Position numbers and translations under genes: made by a program. A DNA stretch of 60,113 nucleotides from a virus (lineage: Duplodnaviria; Caudoviricetes), in the IMG/VR virus record IMGVR_UViG_3300030105_001581, positions 1-60,113 of that record; one strand, given 5' to 3'. Below are positions 56,124-60,113 of the stretch, one piece after another (the stretch's first letter is position 1; each line of letters starts with the position of its first letter). A model generated the notes under the pieces. It was not told the DNA's origin. It did no database searches and saw only the letters and a list, made by a program, of their open reading frames with translations.

Positions 56124-56683
56124 AGCATCATTGTTATTTGATGATCAAACATTCTATATAGCTTCTCACCATCTACTTCAAATTCATACTCACTATCTGG
56201 TTTAAAAACTATTTTTTGTCCACGCTCCACTCCCTTAGATAATAAATATTTATTTGGATAAGCCATCTCTCCCATAAGAGGCTCTTCATTTCCTCTTTTA
56301 AATATAGAAGACTCTTGTTTTTTCATGGGTTTAACAAAGCAATAACGGTCATGGCTATGCCACTCACCATCTTGATTGTACATATAGAATTGATCATTGT
56401 CTATAAAAAACAAATCATCTTTAAAATAACTTTTACCACTCTGCTGCCTACCCTTCATGTCATTATAAAACTTAAACACATTGTGATGTACCAACAGAGT
56501 ATCATCTATTTTAATAGGTCCATTATAATTAAGAGGTAACTCTTGTACTATTCCTTTTCTGTTTGAAAACTTATAGTCTTCTTCTGAGGAACTCGTTATA
56601 ACATCTAAACCTCCTATATTTTTTGTGTTATTATATCGCTTTCCTTCTAAAGGCTTAACGATAAAGTAAAAGGGAGATCTCAT
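56120..56683 (-). CDS. Tandem GroES-like co-chaperonin
   Basis: Two halves each with FIVKP/FVKP..G..P..G(D/Q).(L/I).(V/F); C-terminal EFEVDGEKLYRM resembles GroES. Confidence 0.55.
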   Translation of the reverse strand: MRSPFYFIVKPLEGKRYNNTKNIGGLDVITSSSEEDYKFSNRKGIVQELPLNYNGPIKIDDTLLVHHNVFKFYNDMKGRQQSGKSYFKDDLFFIDNDQFYMYNQDGEWHSHDRYCFVKPMKKQESSIFKRGNEEPLMGEMAYPNKYLLSKGVERGQKIVFKPDSEYEFEVDGEKLYRMFDHQITMML

Positions 56684-56907
56684 TAAAAATTAATGTTATA
56701 CTCTATTGACACGGGCATCTTAGAGCCAAACTCTTTCCATAACAATATCTCGTCACTTCTTTGAATCCATATTTTAAAAGAGTTATTTCCAGGGTCGTGT
56801 TGTATGAGATGTATAAAATACTGACCGTTTAAAATTTCCTGACCCACTAAGTAGTGCATCGCTCCAGACTTAAAATCTGGTCCAACAGAAATTTTCCTTA
56901 TATCCAT
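56683..56907 (-). CDS. Hypothetical protein (start moved to ATG 56907)
   Basis: MDIRKISVGPDFKSGAMHYLVGQ...WKEF..MPVSIEYNINF; AAATCAAATCAA leader. Confidence 0.7.
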   Translation of the reverse strand: MDIRKISVGPDFKSGAMHYLVGQEILNGQYFIHLIQHDPGNNSFKIWIQRSDEILLWKEFGSKMPVSIEYNINF

Positions 56908-56962
56908 TTGATTTGATTTAATTTGAATATAAAGATACAAATATTTTTACGCCTCTATTTGA

Positions 56963-57391
56963 TTAGCTGTTTTTGGAGGGGAATTTGACTCCTATTTTAT
57001 CTGCCGTTCTCGCTCCGAAGTATCCGCAAAGCACCCACGTAACTAGACTTGCCGTATCCTCAGTATCTAAGCCCATGAACCATCCGCCCACATATGCCAT
57101 TACTAATACCGCAAGAGTTAGAGGTCTAATATTACGAGCTAACCAACTCTGGCTATTTGAATCTGCCACCCATCTTTGAGTGACTCCATCTATTTCTGCT
57201 CGTTCTATTTTTAATTTTTCTAAAGCAATCTTCTTATCCCCTTCAGAGAGTTCGGTGTTACCACTAATAAGTTCTGAAATAACATTGCCGGGAAGTATAG
57301 CATCCCCTACAATTCCTAGAATCGATGGCGCTTTCTCAATAAGAAATTTGCCTACTCTTGTTTCTTTAAAAGGTTTTTTTGTTTTGCTCAT
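56963..57391 (-). CDS. Holin-like membrane protein (3TM/GTA-holin-like)
   Basis: RWVADSNSQSWLARNIRPLTL, GYFGAR; next to endolysin. Confidence 0.7.
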   Translation of the reverse strand: MSKTKKPFKETRVGKFLIEKAPSILGIVGDAILPGNVISELISGNTELSEGDKKIALEKLKIERAEIDGVTQRWVADSNSQSWLARNIRPLTLAVLVMAYVGGWFMGLDTEDTASLVTWVLCGYFGARTADKIGVKFPSKNS

Positions 57392-57849
57392 GCCACTCTG
57401 TATGATGTGCGTCCTTTAATCTTTTCAGCGATCAAAATTCTTTTTCTATTCTCTTCTTGCGACACGTAGCTAACGTGTACCCAGTTGGGATTAGTAGAGT
57501 CTCCAAATTCCCATATAAGCTGGTCGAAGCTTAAATTGTTTTTTATGTAATTAAACATTTCCGCGTTGGTCTTATGACCAAAAGTATCGTCCAGGTCAAT
57601 GGCTCTACCCTGACAGTGCTGGCTTGATTTGCTTCCACCTATAGCGGTATTCAAATCTTCAGACCTAAACATGCTATTAATTTTTATGGGTCCACATACA
57701 TATTCTCTAAGAGGCTCGAAAATATGAGTAGCAATACCAACCATATTAGAAACTTGATAATCATTCGGATTGTTTTTTAGATTCAACCGAAGGGCTGTAT
57801 TAGAGTATACAGCTTCTTTGTGTGTTATATGTTTACTTATTCTTTCCAT
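57388..57849 (-). CDS. Endolysin, peptidase M15 family
   Basis: SMFRS..LN.AIGGSKSSQHCQGRAID, FDQLIWE, WVHVSY (Zn ligands H, D, H). Confidence 0.88.
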   Translation of the reverse strand: MERISKHITHKEAVYSNTALRLNLKNNPNDYQVSNMVGIATHIFEPLREYVCGPIKINSMFRSEDLNTAIGGSKSSQHCQGRAIDLDDTFGHKTNAEMFNYIKNNLSFDQLIWEFGDSTNPNWVHVSYVSQEENRKRILIAEKIKGRTSYRVA

Positions 57850-58006
57850 ACATTATATACCATTTGTGCAGAGTATATCCTATTGCGATAATGGTAGCAA
57901 TAATCTTTAGGGCCACATCTAAATTTGTCATTGATGTAGCTACAGCTCCTATGTTTAGAGCATAGATTTTTAAGTCAGTCAATGTTTCTGTTTTTAGATT
58001 TAACAT
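57833..58006 (-). CDS. Small holin-like membrane protein (ATG 58006 or TTG 57982)
   Basis: TDLKIYALNIGAVATSMTNLDVALKIIATIIAIGYTLHKWYIMYGKNK; hydrophobic, directly upstream of endolysin. Confidence 0.6.
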   Translation of the reverse strand: MLNLKTETLTDLKIYALNIGAVATSMTNLDVALKIIATIIAIGYTLHKWYIMYGKNK

Positions 58007-58054
58007 ATATATAGTTTACTTGAATGTCACCTACTGTGGTGTCTTGCACGTAAT

Positions 58055-58348
58055 TCATTTCTTGTTTGGTTTTTTGCCTGATCTATTCTGCCCTTTCATT
58101 GCACCGGGGACATCTCCGATTTGATTGCCTACTTCCTTAATAGCCTTAGTAACGTCTCTAAGCTCTTCTCCGACACGATCAACTCTTTTTGATACATCAG
58201 CCTTCATCTTATCAAACTTCTTCTCTAGGATGTCTGGAATCATATTGTTGTTTGTGTCTTTAGTAAGACCTTTTTTTGTAAGCCATATAGCGGCTATGTT
58301 TATTAAGATCAGTAAAACTATTAGTCCGATTAAAATTGTTATTGTCAT
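58055..58348 (-). CDS. Membrane-anchored coiled-coil protein (lysis-associated, possible spanin)
   Basis: N-terminal TM then DTNNNMIPD and coiled coil. Confidence 0.5.
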   Translation of the reverse strand: MTITILIGLIVLLILINIAAIWLTKKGLTKDTNNNMIPDILEKKFDKMKADVSKRVDRVGEELRDVTKAIKEVGNQIGDVPGAMKGQNRSGKKPNKK

Positions 58349-58373
58349 AGTATTGTTATTTGTATATATTCCA

Positions 58374-60113
58374 TTATGCTATTGCTAAATATAAGTAGGT
58401 TACTCCACTCTCATTTACAGATTGTGCAGACCCTGTAAGTGTAAAACCATCAGAATTAAAATTTATATTCTCATTAGTTGAACCATTTTCAGCGTTATCA
58501 AGATTTGGTAAAACGTAGGGTCTTGCATTTAATGTACCTGCATTTGAACCTACCGAAACTAATCGTAGATTATCGTATAATTGCCAACCATAACCATTTG
58601 CTAAAGATTTAATCAATAAAAATCTTGGACTAAAACCATTTGCACCACTAGAAGAATCATCGTCTGTTGTGTAACGCCTGTTAGTGGTTTCATTTCCGAG
58701 ATAGGTGCCGACACGTTGATAGCCAGACATATTCGCAAAACAATAAGCAATATAAGATAAACTAGCGCTAGTTACGTTGGTAGTAAATGATGTTGAACTA
58801 ACTGTGCTAAAAGACGCTGCTCTGGTTTGTATTCCGTCATTGCCCTTTCCGTTTCCTGTATCATTTCTAGTAAAAGATAAATATTTTCCTGTACCACTTA
58901 TGGAATTATATACGTACCAATCTTCCGTAGCGCTATATCCTTTTGCGATAATAAGATTTGGTGGTACATCTAGTCCATGCCCAGGATTTAATACACCAGG
59001 ACCTGTATACTTAACCATACTAAAACCAGCAGCTTTATTTGCCCTAACTATACTTGTATCGTTGCCCTCATTATTTGTTGCATTACTTGCTGCTGCTTTC
59101 CAACACCAAGCGACAAATGATTGACCACTTTGATTACCATCTAAATCACTTCCTAAAGTAAATCCATTTGTGTTAAAATTAGTTAAACTTGTATTAGCAC
59201 TTGTTTCTGGGTCAGTTTCGTTTGAATTTATTCTGTTTGTTGTACCCCTAATAGAATCAAATAATTGGTGCCATCTCGAACCACTTCTTTGTTTTATCCA
59301 AACTAAATCTGGTTGGAATTCTAAGCCTGTGTATCCGATATCTGTTGTTGTGCCGTTATAATTTGTAGAAATATCATTACCATTACCATCTAACTGGTAA
59401 GCAGCGATACATCCTGCTCCCGCTGGGAAGTTTAATGTAGCGGCTGTTGTTGTTGTTTCGTCTGTATATAAATCTTCAGCCTGATCAGCTGTAAGCGCTG
59501 TATTAAATACTCTTACTTGATCAATTTTTCCGTTAAAATAAGTACCAGATGCTCCGCTTTGTTTTCCTATATGAAAATTCAAAGTGTTAGGGATTGTACC
59601 AATAGAAGAAACAGTATATTCTGCAGCACCATTCTTATAAACTATAGCTGTAGACCCACTTATAGTAAATCCTATTTGTGTCCAAGTTTCTTTAGGCAAT
59701 AAAATGGTATTAGAATCAGAGTTTCCGCTACCGCTTGGGGTTGTAAATCTTGAATATATCTTTCCATCACTAGTTATTCCAAAATCAATTCCATAATAAT
59801 TAGTAGGACCCGCTCTATTACTAAAAACTGCGCCGTAAACATTATCAACACTTGGATTTACCCACGCAGAAAATGACATTAATTGAGGAGTAAATTTTGT
59901 GTTAGTGTCTATGTAACTACTAGTCCCATTAAAATTCGCAGCCTCATTAAACTTAGCGTCTATTTTTTGAGTACCCCCATTACCGAAATAGGTGTTAGTG
60001 TTGAAGTTTTCCGCAGCTTTAAATGTTGGTGCAACAGCCTCAGTGTCTATCTGTCTCCATGCTCCGCCATCATAATACTCAACGTATTTCAATTCACTGT
60101 TAAAACGCCACTC
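58374..60113 (-). CDS. LamG/concanavalin-like tail protein, 5' truncated by window end
   Basis: FNGTSSYI, FSAWVNP, FNGKIDQVRVFNTAL; FQPDLVWIK domain; frame stays open to 60113 (EWRFNSELKYVEYYDGG). Confidence 0.75.
   Translation of the reverse strand, partial: EWRFNSELKYVEYYDGGAWRQIDTEAVAPTFKAAENFNTNTYFGNGGTQKIDAKFNEAANFNGTSSYIDTNTKFTPQLMSFSAWVNPSVDNVYGAVFSNRAGPTNYYGIDFGITSDGKIYSRFTTPSGSGNSDSNTILLPKETWTQIGFTISGSTAIVYKNGAAEYTVSSIGTIPNTLNFHIGKQSGASGTYFNGKIDQVRVFNTALTADQAEDLYTDETTTTAATLNFPAGAGCIAAYQLDGNGNDISTNYNGTTTDIGYTGLEFQPDLVWIKQRSGSRWHQLFDSIRGTTNRINSNETDPETSANTSLTNFNTNGFTLGSDLDGNQSGQSFVAWCWKAAASNATNNEGNDTSIVRANKAAGFSMVKYTGPGVLNPGHGLDVPPNLIIAKGYSATEDWYVYNSISGTGKYLSFTRNDTGNGKGNDGIQTRAASFSTVSSTSFTTNVTSASLSYIAYCFANMSGYQRVGTYLGNETTNRRYTTDDDSSSGANGFSPRFLLIKSLANGYGWQLYDNLRLVSVGSNAGTLNARPYVLPNLDNAENGSTNENINFNSDGFTLTGSAQSVNESGVTYLYLAIA

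Noticed and set aside
1-60113. Stop-codon reassignment, DGR/reverse transcriptase, introns or inteins
   Set aside because: Core genes are intact in the standard code with TAA, TAG and TGA all used as stops; no RT, homing endonuclease or intein motifs seen

Overview
The window is a nearly complete genome of a lytic, podovirus-like dsDNA phage that appears circularly permuted in the assembly. The host is most likely a Bacteroidota (Flavobacteriia-type) bacterium: many intergenic TAnnTTTG -7 promoter elements are present and gene starts are A-rich without Shine-Dalgarno motifs. The + strand (about 11.8-25.5 kb) carries small early genes, a Gp88-family protein, a Sak-like SSAP, a PD-(D/E)XK exonuclease, a primase-helicase, an SF2 helicase and a VRR-NUC nuclease. 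The - strand carries LamG and glycine-rich tail proteins, a lysis cassette (M15 peptidase, holins), TerL, portal, scaffold, major capsid, tail adaptor/muzzle and ejection proteins, a GT60-like glycosyltransferase, GroEL and two GroES-like genes. No DNA polymerase, RNA polymerase, integrase, tRNA or CRISPR array was recognised. The strongest unexplained signals are: (1) two covarying anticodon-less tRNA-like mini-RNAs, each followed by a palindrome that recurs at a late promoter; (2) repeated two-tier hairpins and an excess of CCWGG in the early region; (3) an apparently split muzzle gene enclosing Cys-rich proteins and a GT60-like transferase; (4) a docking-type peptide shared by the muzzle and a 62-aa gene beside the fibre gene; (5) a head-to-tail array of ten microproteins, including a 26-aa CDGSH peptide; (6) a duplicated iteron-containing origin-like element. 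All family assignments come from motif recognition by eye, not from database searches.
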